This document shows positions 22,979 through 32,000 of a DNA stretch of 32,000 nucleotides, piece by piece. The stretch is from Mycobacterium tuberculosis H37Rv (GTDB lineage: Bacteria; Actinomycetota; Actinomycetes; Mycobacteriales; Mycobacteriaceae). The notes beneath the pieces are model-generated. The model was not told where the DNA came from. It saw only the letters and a program-made list of their open reading frames with translations, and made no database searches. The translations under genes and the position numbers were made by a program. The stretch covers positions 1,890,001-1,922,000 of the forward strand of contig NC_000962.3 in NCBI RefSeq assembly GCF_000195955.2. The letters are read 5' to 3'. The number at the start of each line of letters is the position of its first letter. The first letter of the stretch is position 1.

Positions 22979-23590
22979 ATGAACGCTGAGGAACTGGCGA
23001 TCGACCCGGTCGCGGCCGCGCATCGGCTGCTCGGCGCAACTATTGCCGGACGGGGTGTGCGTGCGATGGTGGTCGAGGTCGAGGCGTATGGCGGGGTGCC
23101 CGACGGTCCCTGGCCGGACGCCGCGGCGCACTCTTACCGCGGCCGCAATGGCCGCAACGACGTCATGTTCGGGCCCCCGGGGCGGCTTTACACCTACCGC
23201 AGCCATGGGATCCATGTCTGTGCCAACGTCGCGTGCGGGCCCGATGGCACGGCTGCCGCTGTGCTACTTAGGGCCGCCGCCATCGAGGACGGCGCCGAGC
23301 TCGCCACGTCTCGGCGCGGGCAGACGGTGCGCGCTGTCGCACTGGCGCGCGGCCCGGGAAACCTCTGCGCTGCCCTCGGAATCACCATGGCCGACAACGG
23401 GATTGACTTGTTTGATCCGTCCAGTCCGGTGCGGCTGAGGCTCAACGACACGCACCGTGCCAGGTCGGGGCCGCGCGTTGGGGTCAGTCAAGCCGCTGAC
23501 CGGCCGTGGCGATTGTGGCTCACGGGTCGACCGGAGGTGTCGGCCTACCGGCGAAGCTCGCGGGCACCGGCCCGGGGAGCCAGCGACTAG
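22979..23590 (+). CDS. mpg: 3-methyladenine DNA glycosylase (AAG/Mpg family)
   Basis: ATG 22979 ([11 protein letters not shown]...). Family motifs VVEVEAYGG and GPGNLC are present. Confidence 0.9.
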   Translation: MNAEELAIDPVAAAHRLLGATIAGRGVRAMVVEVEAYGGVPDGPWPDAAAHSYRGRNGRNDVMFGPPGRLYTYRSHGIHVCANVACGPDGTAAAVLLRAAAIEDGAELATSRRGQTVRAVALARGPGNLCAALGITMADNGIDLFDPSSPVRLRLNDTHRARSGPRVGVSQAADRPWRLWLTGRPEVSAYRRSSRAPARGASD

Positions 23591-23601
23591 AGTCTTGCGG
23601 G

Positions 23602-24876
23602 ATGTCTGGCATGATCCTCGATGAGCTCAGCTGGCGCGGGTTGATCGCGCAGTCGACCGACCTCGACACGTTGGCCGCCGAAGCACAGCGCGGGCCGATG
23701 ACGGTGTACGCCGGCTTCGATCCCACCGCGCCTAGCCTGCATGCCGGACATTTGGTGCCGCTGCTGACGTTGCGGCGCTTTCAGCGCGCCGGTCATCGCC
23801 CCATCGTGCTGGCCGGCGGGGCCACCGGCATGATCGGTGATCCACGTGACGTCGGCGAGCGCAGTCTCAACGAGGCCGACACCGTCGCCGAATGGACCGA
23901 ACGGATCCGTGGGCAGCTGGAGCGCTTCGTCGACTTCGACGACTCACCAATGGGCGCGATCGTCGAGAACAACCTGGAATGGACCGGCTCACTATCGGCT
24001 ATCGAGTTTCTACGTGATATCGGCAAGCACTTCTCGGTCAACGTGATGCTGGCCCGCGACACCATCCGGCGGCGTCTGGCGGGGGAGGGGATCTCTTACA
24101 CCGAATTCAGCTACCTGTTGCTGCAGGCCAACGACTACGTCGAATTGCACCGGCGCCACGGCTGCACGCTGCAGATCGGTGGTGCAGATCAGTGGGGCAA
24201 CATCATTGCCGGCGTCCGGTTGGTGCGCCAGAAGCTCGGTGCCACCGTGCATGCGCTTACCGTCCCCTTGGTGACCGCTGCCGACGGCACCAAGTTCGGC
24301 AAATCAACCGGCGGCGGGAGCCTGTGGTTGGATCCCCAAATGACCAGCCCCTATGCCTGGTACCAGTACTTCGTGAACACCGCGGACGCGGATGTGATCC
24401 GCTACCTACGGTGGTTCACCTTCTTGTCGGCCGACGAGTTGGCCGAGCTGGAACAGGCGACAGCGCAACGCCCGCAACAACGGGCCGCCCAGCGCCGGCT
24501 CGCCAGCGAGCTCACCGTCTTGGTGCATGGCGAGGCGGCGACCGCAGCCGTCGAGCATGCCAGCCGGGCACTCTTCGGTCGGGGCGAGTTGGCCCGTCTG
24601 GACGAGGCGACACTGGCTGCTGCGTTGCGGGAAACCACGGTCGCCGAACTCAAACCGGGCAGTCCCGACGGAATCGTCGACTTATTGGTGGCCAGCGGCC
24701 TGTCGGCCAGCAAGGGCGCGGCGCGGCGCACGATCCACGAGGGTGGGGTGTCGGTCAACAACATTCGGGTTGATAACGAGGAATGGGTGCCGCAAAGTTC
24801 GGACTTCTTGCACGGCCGCTGGTTAGTGCTACGTCGTGGAAAGCGGAGTATCGCCGGGGTGGAACGGATTGGCTGA
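23602..24876 (+). CDS. tyrS: Tyrosine--tRNA ligase
   Basis: ATG 23602 lies 11 nt after the mpg stop. HIGH-type motif [14 protein letters not shown]-type motif KFGKSTG, and a C-terminal S4-like domain. Confidence 0.96.
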   Translation: MSGMILDELSWRGLIAQSTDLDTLAAEAQRGPMTVYAGFDPTAPSLHAGHLVPLLTLRRFQRAGHRPIVLAGGATGMIGDPRDVGERSLNEADTVAEWTERIRGQLERFVDFDDSPMGAIVENNLEWTGSLSAIEFLRDIGKHFSVNVMLARDTIRRRLAGEGISYTEFSYLLLQANDYVELHRRHGCTLQIGGADQWGNIIAGVRLVRQKLGATVHALTVPLVTAADGTKFGKSTGGGSLWLDPQMTSPYAWYQYFVNTADADVIRYLRWFTFLSADELAELEQATAQRPQQRAAQRRLASELTVLVHGEAATAAVEHASRALFGRGELARLDEATLAAALRETTVAELKPGSPDGIVDLLVASGLSASKGAARRTIHEGGVSVNNIRVDNEEWVPQSSDFLHGRWLVLRRGKRSIAGVERIG

Positions 24877-24961
24877 GCCGAGCCACCACGTCCTCGACGT
24901 CCTCGGGTCCCAAGGTGATATGCGACGTGAGCGGCCCATGGAATATCGCTGGGCGGTAGGG

Positions 24962-25190
24962 GAGGGCCAGCGGGGGATCTTATCTCGAGGGATGGGGTGG
25001 GGATGCATCGATAAGCCCCCCGCTGAAGCCTGGGGTTCGACGGGGATCTCAGACTTGGGGGGATTGGGAGGTGATGAGACCCCCGTCGAAGTCTAGTGCG
25101 TTGACCTCACTCGGCGGTGTCGCCGGCGTGGAACAACGGGATCGAGTACGTGGTCTCGCTCTCACTAAACAGCTGTGCGTGTGACAACGG
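24962..25190 (-). ncRNA. Candidate small RNA in the tyrS-lprJ intergenic region (I recall the Mtb sRNA G2 being mapped here on the minus strand; the coordinates are from memory)
   Basis: The 650-bp gap has no credible ORF. Hairpin A is 24971-25022 and hairpin B is 25036-25090 (16 bp, one mismatch). On the minus strand both loops are C-rich. The recalled 3' end falls just past hairpin A. Confidence 0.4.
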
Positions 25191-25526
25191 GTCATCATCC
25201 TTTCATGTGACAGGCGAGCGGCGTTGCGTTGTAGTCGATTTCCACTTCCTGACTTATCTTTGGCGGGTTTGGACTCCGCTGGTATCCCACGACTAGTCGG
25301 TGGCCGGGGGAAATGCCGAATCCCGCATCCGGTGGATCGTGAAGTCCACCAATCGGGGGACGATCGGCCCGCGGTGCCCCCCTACCCGGTTAACGCGCAC
25401 ACATTCCACACGAAACGCGTTAGTGTGCAAACCTTTATCCCACTGTGCTGTGAACGTGACTCTTGTTGGCCACTGTTGTCGAGGTGCCTTAAATGACGCA
25501 AGTGCGACAACAACGAGAAGCGGGAG

Positions 25527-25910
25527 ATGACGGCACACACACACGACGGGACACGGACCTGGCGAACGGGCCGGCAGGCGACGACGTTGCTCGCGTTGCT
25601 GGCCGGGGTGTTTGGTGGTGCCGCGAGCTGCGCGGCGCCGATCCAGGCCGACATGATGGGTAACGCATTCCTGACAGCGTTGACCAACGCCGGCATTGCC
25701 TATGACCAACCGGCGACCACGGTGGCGCTAGGCAGATCGGTTTGTCCGATGGTGGTTGCGCCGGGCGGGACGTTCGAATCGATCACGTCCAGAATGGCTG
25801 AGATCAATGGCATGTCGCGTGATATGGCGAGTACGTTCACCATTGTCGCGATTGGGACGTATTGCCCGGCGGTGATTGCGCCGCTGATGCCTAACCGGTT
25901 ACAGGCCTGA
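25527..25910 (+). CDS. lprJ: Lipoprotein, DUF732 family
   Basis: 127 aa with a signal and lipobox (LLALLAGVFGGAASCAAP). The mature domain carries the conserved Cys pair typical of DUF732. Confidence 0.9.
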   Translation: MTAHTHDGTRTWRTGRQATTLLALLAGVFGGAASCAAPIQADMMGNAFLTALTNAGIAYDQPATTVALGRSVCPMVVAPGGTFESITSRMAEINGMSRDMASTFTIVAIGTYCPAVIAPLMPNRLQA

Positions 25911-25948
25911 TAGTTACGGGGCGCAGCAACCCCCGTAACCTCTACCGA

Positions 25949-26701
25949 GTGGTCGACGACAGGCAAGGGCGCAGGGGCGGGCGACGACCGCGCTCGGCTG
26001 CCGCCGACAACCGACCTGCGTTCCGGGATGGGCCCGCGATTCCGCCGGGTATCCACGCCAGGCAACTGGCGCCCGAGATCCGGCGCGAACTGAGCACCTT
26101 GGACCGTGCCACGGCCGACGCGGTGGCATGTCACCTAGTAGCTGCCGGCGAGTTGATCGACGACGACCCAGAAGCCGCTCTGCGCCACGCGCGGGCGGCG
26201 CGGGTTCGGGCCAGCAGGATCGCCGCTGTGCGCGAAGCTGTCGGAATCGCCGCCTACCGCTGCGGCGATTGGGCGCAGGCGTTGGCCGAATTGCGGGCAG
26301 CCCGAAGAATGGGGAGCAAGTCCCCCCTGCTTGCGCTGATCGCGGATTGCGAACGCGGTCTGGGCCGGCCGCAGCGGGCCATCGAATTGGCGCGCGGGTC
26401 CGAGGCGGTCGAGCTCAGCGGTGACGCCGCCGACGAGTTGCGCATCGTCGCCGCCGGCGCGCGCGCCGATCTCGGGCAACTGGAGCAGGCGTTGACGGTG
26501 TTGTCCACGCCGCAGCTCGACCCGGGCCGTACGGGTTCGACCGCGGCGCGCCTGTTCTACGCCTACGCTGAAATACTGCTGGCGTTGGGCCGTGGCGACG
26601 AGGCCCTGCAATGGTTCCTACGGTCCGCGGCGGCGGACATCGACGGCGTCACCGACGCCGAAGATCGGGTAGACGAGCTAGGCGCACGAGAACAGAAATG
26701 A
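25949..26701 (+). CDS. Conserved actinobacterial protein with TPR-like helical repeats
   Basis: 250-aa ORF with a GTG start. It is helical and Ala/Leu/Arg-rich. The stop overlaps the next start (ATGA at 26698-26701). Confidence 0.8.
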   Translation: MVDDRQGRRGGRRPRSAAADNRPAFRDGPAIPPGIHARQLAPEIRRELSTLDRATADAVACHLVAAGELIDDDPEAALRHARAARVRASRIAAVREAVGIAAYRCGDWAQALAELRAARRMGSKSPLLALIADCERGLGRPQRAIELARGSEAVELSGDAADELRIVAAGARADLGQLEQALTVLSTPQLDPGRTGSTAARLFYAYAEILLALGRGDEALQWFLRSAAADIDGVTDAEDRVDELGAREQK

Positions 26702-27759
26702 AAAGCATTGCGCAGGAACATGACTGTCTGCTGATTGACCTGGACGGGACGGTGTTTTGTGGCCGTCAGCCCACCGGCGGCGCGGTGCAGTCGTTGAGTC
26801 AGGTGCGCAGCCGCAAGCTGTTTGTCACCAACAACGCGTCGCGTAGCGCCGACGAGGTGGCGGCGCACTTGTGCGAGCTCGGCTTCACCGCAACCGGTGA
26901 GGACGTCGTCACCAGCGCTCAGAGCGCTGCCCACCTGCTGGCCGGCCAGCTGGCGCCGGGTGCGCGGGTGCTCATCGTCGGCACCGAGGCGTTGGCCAAC
27001 GAAGTCGCCGCGGTCGGATTGCGTCCGGTACGACGCTTTGAGGATCGACCCGACGCCGTCGTACAGGGCCTTTCAATGACCACCGGATGGTCCGACCTTG
27101 CCGAAGCCGCGCTGGCCATCCGGGCGGGCGCCCTGTGGGTGGCGGCCAACGTCGACCCCACCTTGCCCACCGAACGGGGCCTGCTGCCCGGCAACGGGTC
27201 CATGGTGGCTGCGCTGCGCACGGCCACCGGCATGGACCCCCGAGTGGCGGGCAAGCCCGCGCCCGCCTTGATGACCGAGGCGGTGGCCCGGGGCGACTTC
27301 CGGGCGGCACTGGTGGTCGGTGACCGGCTGGACACCGACATCGAGGGTGCCAACGCCGCGGGGTTGCCCAGCCTGATGGTGCTCACCGGGGTCAACAGCG
27401 CCTGGGATGCGGTGTACGCCGAACCCGTGCGCCGGCCCACCTACATTGGCCACGACCTGCGCTCGTTACACCAGGACAGCAAGCTGCTGGCGGTGGCACC
27501 GCAGCCGGGCTGGCAGATCGACGTCGGTGGTGGTGCGGTAACGGTCTGCGCGAACGGCGACGTCGACGATCTGGAATTTATCGACGACGGGCTATCCATC
27601 GTTCGGGCTGTGGCCAGCGCGGTATGGGAGGCGCGGGCCGCCGATCTTCACCAGCGGCCACTGCGCATCGAGGCCGGCGACGAGCGGGCCCGTGCGGCCT
27701 TGCAACGCTGGTCGTTGATGCGCAGCGATCATCCGGTGACTAGCGTAGGAACGCAATGA
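26698..27759 (+). CDS. HAD-superfamily phosphatase (Rv1692-like; reported as a glycerol-3-phosphate phosphatase, as I recall)
   Basis: ATG 26698. HAD motif I LLIDLDGTV, motif II VTNNAS, motif IV GDRLDTDI. Confidence 0.88.
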   Translation: MKSIAQEHDCLLIDLDGTVFCGRQPTGGAVQSLSQVRSRKLFVTNNASRSADEVAAHLCELGFTATGEDVVTSAQSAAHLLAGQLAPGARVLIVGTEALANEVAAVGLRPVRRFEDRPDAVVQGLSMTTGWSDLAEAALAIRAGALWVAANVDPTLPTERGLLPGNGSMVAALRTATGMDPRVAGKPAPALMTEAVARGDFRAALVVGDRLDTDIEGANAAGLPSLMVLTGVNSAWDAVYAEPVRRPTYIGHDLRSLHQDSKLLAVAPQPGWQIDVGGGAVTVCANGDVDDLEFIDDGLSIVRAVASAVWEARAADLHQRPLRIEAGDERARAALQRWSLMRSDHPVTSVGTQ

Positions 27760-27932
27760 CCATCGATCCTGACCAGATCCGTGCCGAAATCGACGCCCTA
27801 CTTGCTTCGCTGCCCGACCCCGCCGACGCCGAGAACGGACCGTCTCTGGCCGAACTCGAAGGCATCGCACGTCGTCTTTCCGAGGCGCACGAGGTGTTGT
27901 TGGCCGCCCTGGAGTCGGCGGAGAAGGGTTGA
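27756..27932 (+). CDS. 58-aa helical acidic protein (below the ORF-track cutoff)
   Basis: ATG 27756 overlaps the HAD stop (ATGA). My translation is MTIDPDQIRAEIDALLASLPDPADAENGPSLAELEGIARRLSEAHEVLLAALESAEKG, ending at TGA 27930-27932, 7 nt before the tlyA GTG. Confidence 0.7.
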   Translation: MTIDPDQIRAEIDALLASLPDPADAENGPSLAELEGIARRLSEAHEVLLAALESAEKG

Positions 27933-27939
27933 GTGCGGC

Positions 27940-28746
27940 GTGGCACGACGTGCCCGCGTTGACGCCGAGCTAGTCCGGCGGGGCCTGGCGCGATCACGTC
28001 AACAGGCCGCGGAGTTGATCGGCGCCGGCAAGGTGCGCATCGACGGGCTGCCGGCGGTCAAGCCGGCCACCGCCGTGTCCGACACCACCGCGCTGACCGT
28101 GGTGACCGACAGTGAACGCGCCTGGGTATCGCGCGGAGCGCACAAACTAGTCGGTGCGCTGGAGGCGTTCGCGATCGCGGTGGCGGGCCGGCGCTGTCTG
28201 GACGCGGGCGCATCGACCGGTGGGTTCACCGAAGTACTGCTGGACCGTGGTGCCGCCCACGTGGTGGCCGCCGATGTCGGATACGGCCAGCTGGCGTGGT
28301 CGCTGCGCAACGATCCTCGGGTGGTGGTCCTCGAGCGGACCAACGCACGTGGCCTCACACCGGAGGCGATCGGCGGTCGCGTCGACCTGGTAGTGGCCGA
28401 CCTGTCGTTCATCTCGTTGGCTACCGTGTTGCCCGCGCTGGTTGGATGCGCTTCGCGCGACGCCGATATCGTTCCACTGGTGAAGCCGCAGTTTGAGGTG
28501 GGGAAAGGTCAGGTCGGCCCCGGTGGGGTGGTCCATGACCCGCAGTTGCGTGCGCGGTCGGTGCTCGCGGTCGCGCGGCGGGCACAGGAGCTGGGCTGGC
28601 ACAGCGTCGGCGTCAAGGCCAGCCCGCTGCCGGGCCCATCGGGCAATGTCGAGTACTTCCTGTGGTTGCGCACGCAGACCGACCGGGCATTGTCGGCCAA
28701 GGGATTGGAGGATGCGGTGCACCGTGCGATTAGCGAGGGCCCGTAG
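27940..28746 (+). CDS. tlyA: 16S/23S rRNA (cytidine-2'-O)-methyltransferase / hemolysin-like TlyA
   Basis: GTG 27940 ([16 protein letters not shown]...). An S4 RNA-binding domain is followed by an FtsJ-type methyltransferase with the SAM motif [11 protein letters not shown]. Confidence 0.95.
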
Positions 28747-29669
28747 TGACCGCTCATCGCAGTGTTCTGCTGGTCGTCCACACCGGGCGCGACGAAGCCA
28801 CCGAGACCGCACGGCGCGTAGAAAAAGTATTGGGCGACAATAAAATTGCGCTTCGCGTGCTCTCGGCCGAAGCAGTCGACCGAGGGTCGTTGCATCTGGC
28901 TCCCGACGACATGCGGGCCATGGGCGTCGAGATCGAGGTGGTTGACGCGGACCAGCACGCAGCCGACGGCTGCGAACTGGTGCTGGTTTTGGGCGGCGAT
29001 GGCACCTTTTTGCGGGCAGCCGAGCTGGCCCGCAACGCCAGCATTCCGGTGTTGGGCGTCAATCTGGGCCGCATCGGCTTTTTGGCCGAGGCCGAGGCGG
29101 AGGCAATCGACGCGGTGCTCGAGCATGTTGTCGCACAGGATTACCGGGTGGAAGACCGCTTGACTCTGGATGTCGTGGTGCGCCAGGGCGGGCGCATCGT
29201 CAACCGGGGTTGGGCGCTCAACGAAGTCAGTCTGGAAAAGGGCCCGAGGCTCGGCGTGCTTGGGGTGGTCGTGGAAATTGACGGTCGGCCGGTGTCGGCG
29301 TTTGGCTGCGACGGGGTGTTGGTGTCCACGCCGACCGGATCAACCGCCTATGCATTCTCGGCGGGAGGCCCGGTGCTGTGGCCCGACCTCGAAGCGATCC
29401 TGGTGGTCCCCAACAACGCTCACGCGCTGTTTGGCCGGCCGATGGTCACCAGCCCCGAAGCCACCATCGCCATCGAAATAGAGGCCGACGGGCATGACGC
29501 CTTGGTGTTCTGCGACGGTCGCCGCGAAATGCTGATACCGGCCGGCAGCAGACTCGAGGTCACCCGCTGTGTCACGTCCGTCAAATGGGCACGGCTGGAC
29601 AGTGCGCCATTCACCGACCGGCTGGTGCGCAAGTTCCGGTTGCCGGTGACCGGTTGGCGCGGAAAGTAG
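28746..29669 (+). CDS. ppnK: NAD kinase
   Basis: GTG 28746 overlaps the tlyA stop by 1 nt. GGDGT motif (VLGGDGTFL) and the NAD kinase C-terminal motifs are present. Confidence 0.95.
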
Positions 29670-29682
29670 CGGCGCGCCGAAG

Positions 29683-31446
29683 GTGTTGACTGAATTACGG
29701 ATCGAGTCGCTGGGCGCCATCAGCGTTGCCACCGCTGAGTTCGATCGCGGCTTTACCGTGCTGACCGGGGAGACCGGCACCGGCAAGACCATGGTGGTGA
29801 CCGGGCTGCACCTACTTGGTGGTGCCCGGGCCGATGCAACTCGCGTTCGGTCCGGTGCTGACCGTGCCGTTGTCGAAGGGCGTTTTACTACAACCGATCT
29901 CGACGACGCGACCGTCGCGGGGCTGCAGGCGGTTCTCGACTCGTCGGGGGCCGAGCGCGACGAGGACGGCAGCGTGATCGCGTTGCGCTCGATCAGTCGC
30001 GATGGACCGTCGCGCGCCTACCTCGGCGGCCGCGGTGTACCCGCCAAATCGTTGAGCGGTTTCACGAACGAGCTGCTTACTCTGCACGGGCAGAACGACC
30101 AGCTGCGGTTGATGCGCCCGGACGAACAACGTGGTGCACTGGACCGCTTTGCGGCCGCTGGCGAAGCCGTCCAGCGTTACCGCAAGCTGCGGGATGCCTG
30201 GCTAACGGCCCGACGCGACCTCGTCGACCGTCGCAACCGGGCCCGGGAACTAGCGCAAGAGGCCGATCGGCTGAAATTCGCGCTCAACGAGATCGACACC
30301 GTCGACCCGCAGCCGGGGGAGGACGTGGCGTTGGTCGCCGACATCGCCCGGCTTTCCGAACTGGACACCCTGCGGGAGGCCGCGACTACTGCACGCGCGA
30401 CGTTGTGCGGGACACCAGACGCGGACGCATTCGACCGCGGCGCCGTCGACAGCCTCGGGCGGGCACGTGCGGCACTGCAATCGAGCGATGATGCCGCGTT
30501 GCGGGGGTTGGCCGAACAGGTCGGTGAGGCGTTGACGGTGGTCGTCGATGCGGTCGCCGAGCTCGGCGCCTACCTGGACGAGCTGCCCGCCGACGCCAGC
30601 GCGCTGGACGCCAAGCTGGCGCGCCAAGCCCAGCTGCGAACGTTAACCCGCAAGTACGCCGCCGACATCGATGGCGTGCTCCGGTGGGCGGATGAGGCGA
30701 GGGCAAGGCTGGCTCAACTCGACGTCTCCGAAGAAGGGCTGGCAGCGCTGGAACGCCGTACCGGTGAGCTCGCCCACGAATTAGGCCAAGCCGCAGTTGA
30801 TCTCAGCACGATCCGGCGGAAGGCGGCCAAGCGGCTGGCCAAGGAGGTCAGCGCGGAGCTGTCCGCCCTGGCGATGGCCGATGCCGAATTCACCATCGGT
30901 GTGACCACAGAGCTGGCCGACCACGGCGATCCCGTCGCCTTGGCCCTGGCGTCGGGCGAATTGGCCCGGGCCGGTGCCGATGGCGTCGATGCGGTCGAGT
31001 TCGGTTTCGTCGCACACCGGGGGATGACAGTGCTGCCGCTGGCCAAGAGCGCATCCGGCGGCGAACTGTCCCGGGTGATGTTGTCCCTGGAGGTGGTGCT
31101 GGCTACTTCGCGAAAACAAGCGGCTGGCACCACGATGGTGTTCGACGAGATCGACGCCGGCGTCGGCGGCTGGGCTGCGGTACAGATCGGGCGGCGGCTG
31201 GCGCGGTTGGCTCGCACCCACCAGGTCATCGTGGTCACCCATCTGCCGCAGGTCGCCGCCTATGCCGATGTGCACTTGATGGTGCAGCGCACCGGGCGCG
31301 ACGGTGCCAGCGGTGTGCGGCGCCTGACCAGCGAGGATCGGGTGGCCGAGCTGGCACGGATGCTGGCCGGGCTTGGTGATTCCGACAGTGGTCGCGCGCA
31401 CGCGCGGGAGTTACTCGAGACCGCGCAGAACGACGAGCTCACCTAG
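29683..31446 (+). CDS. recN: DNA repair protein RecN (SMC-like ATPase)
   Basis: Walker A GETGTGKT, a long coiled-coil middle region, signature ASGGELSR and Walker B MVFDEIDAG. Confidence 0.95.
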   Translation: MLTELRIESLGAISVATAEFDRGFTVLTGETGTGKTMVVTGLHLLGGARADATRVRSGADRAVVEGRFTTTDLDDATVAGLQAVLDSSGAERDEDGSVIALRSISRDGPSRAYLGGRGVPAKSLSGFTNELLTLHGQNDQLRLMRPDEQRGALDRFAAAGEAVQRYRKLRDAWLTARRDLVDRRNRARELAQEADRLKFALNEIDTVDPQPGEDVALVADIARLSELDTLREAATTARATLCGTPDADAFDRGAVDSLGRARAALQSSDDAALRGLAEQVGEALTVVVDAVAELGAYLDELPADASALDAKLARQAQLRTLTRKYAADIDGVLRWADEARARLAQLDVSEEGLAALERRTGELAHELGQAAVDLSTIRRKAAKRLAKEVSAELSALAMADAEFTIGVTTELADHGDPVALALASGELARAGADGVDAVEFGFVAHRGMTVLPLAKSASGGELSRVMLSLEVVLATSRKQAAGTTMVFDEIDAGVGGWAAVQIGRRLARLARTHQVIVVTHLPQVAAYADVHLMVQRTGRDGASGVRRLTSEDRVAELARMLAGLGDSDSGRAHARELLETAQNDELT

Positions 31447-31541
31447 CAAGGCTGTGACTGAAGTGATGTCATATAACTTGTGAGGCTAATGTTACGGCGC
31501 GCCTCCACGCACCTGCCCAGCTTCACCGCCAGAATCCCCCC

Positions 31542-32000
31542 ATGAGGATGTCAGCGCTTCTGTCCCGTAACACCTCCCGGCCGGGCCTGATCGGCATCGC
31601 CCGGGTCGACCGGAATATCGACCGATTGCTGCGTAGGGTCTGTCCCGGCGACATTGTGGTTCTCGACGTCCTGGATCTGGACCGCATCACCGCCGATGCA
31701 CTGGTGGAAGCGGAGATCGCCGCCGTGGTAAACGCATCGTCGTCTGTCTCGGGCCGCTATCCGAACCTCGGTCCAGAGGTGTTGGTCACCAACGGTGTCA
31801 CGCTGATCGACGAGACCGGACCGGAGATTTTCAAAAAGGTCAAAGACGGTGCCAAGGTTCGCTTGTATGAAGGCGGGGTGTACGCCGGCGACCGCCGGCT
31901 GATCCGCGGTACCGAGCGTACGGATCATGACATCGCCGACCTGATGCGGGAGGCCAAGAGCGGGTTGGTCGCCCACTTGGAGGCGTTCGCCGGCAACACA
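31542..32000 (+). CDS. SteA-like putative cytokinetic ring protein (thiamine pyrophosphokinase-like fold), N-terminal part; runs off the window
   Basis: ATG 31542 (MRMSALLSRNTSRPGLIGIARVDRNIDRLL...), open to the window end. It sits after recN as in other actinobacteria. It is absent from the ORF track because no stop is reached. Confidence 0.8.
   Translation, partial: MRMSALLSRNTSRPGLIGIARVDRNIDRLLRRVCPGDIVVLDVLDLDRITADALVEAEIAAVVNASSSVSGRYPNLGPEVLVTNGVTLIDETGPEIFKKVKDGAKVRLYEGGVYAGDRRLIRGTERTDHDIADLMREAKSGLVAHLEAFAGNT

Noticed and set aside
24836-25096. 86-aa plus-strand ORF in the tyrS-lprJ gap, and possible G-quadruplex-forming G-runs on the plus strand.
   Set aside because: The translation (GWG/GG-rich) simply reflects the G-runs of the hairpin region. 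The G-runs are largely consumed in stable Watson-Crick stems with adjacent C-runs, so the hairpin/sRNA interpretation is more economical. G4 formation cannot be excluded, but I cannot support it from sequence alone.
25391-25428. Crossing inverted repeats TAACGCG/CGCGTTA and GCACAC/GTGTGC, and a GGTGGA/TCCACC hairpin (25331-25350), in the 336-bp lprJ leader, considered as a riboswitch or operator.
   Set aside because: The stems are short and I recognise no riboswitch class. I cannot distinguish these from chance structure without conservation data.
1-32000. Mobile element, prophage, toxin-antitoxin or phage-defence island.
   Set aside because: I recognised no transposase, integrase, recombinase, terminal inverted repeats, tRNA attachment site, or marked compositional island. 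The gene content matches conserved mycobacterial core chromosome.

Overview
High-GC (about 65%) actinobacterial core chromosome. From the encoded proteins I recognise it as Mycobacterium tuberculosis complex, the pks9-to-Rv1697 region. From memory, tlyA and the 57-bp QUB-1895-type VNTR place the window near 1.890-1.922 Mb in H37Rv numbering. I could not run any search, so all locus names are recollection.

Gene order:
- End of a type I PKS (pks9), type III PKS pks11, and convergent cyp139. cyp139 is translationally coupled to an ABC-F ATPase that is split by a frameshift (Rv1668c/Rv1667c).
- A perfect 57-bp x ~4.3 VNTR abutting the ABC-F start.
- DUF427 plus a MerT-like membrane protein, then an MFS transporter, a transglutaminase-like protein and an ArsR-rhodanese regulator.
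- cmr, divergent from a coupled array: redoxin, dsbF, membrane protein, fadE16, a PhnD-like protein and radical-SAM moeX.
- A DivIVA-like coiled-coil protein, the Rv1683 hydrolase/acyl-CoA synthetase fusion, and a Trm112-like mini-protein.
- A TetR + ABC-2 exporter operon, then mpg and tyrS.
- A structured intergenic region (probable sRNA), then lprJ.
- A coupled chain: TPR-like protein, HAD phosphatase, 58-aa ORF, tlyA, ppnK, recN and steA-like Rv1697.

I saw no rRNA, tRNA, CRISPR array, IS element, integrase or prophage genes. This is not a mobile or defence island.

Most interesting observations:
1. An uncharacterised fadE16 / PhnD-like / TusA-like::radical-SAM module, embedded in a thiol/sulfur-flavoured neighbourhood.
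2. A tyrS-lprJ intergenic element with two long hairpins whose minus-strand loops are C-rich.
3. A 34-bp AT-rich palindrome over the start of the ABC exporter operon.
4. The frameshifted ABC-F coupled to cyp139, next to the PKS genes and behind a VNTR.
5. A possible unannotated 48-aa Cys/His membrane peptide divergent from the ArsR-rhodanese gene.
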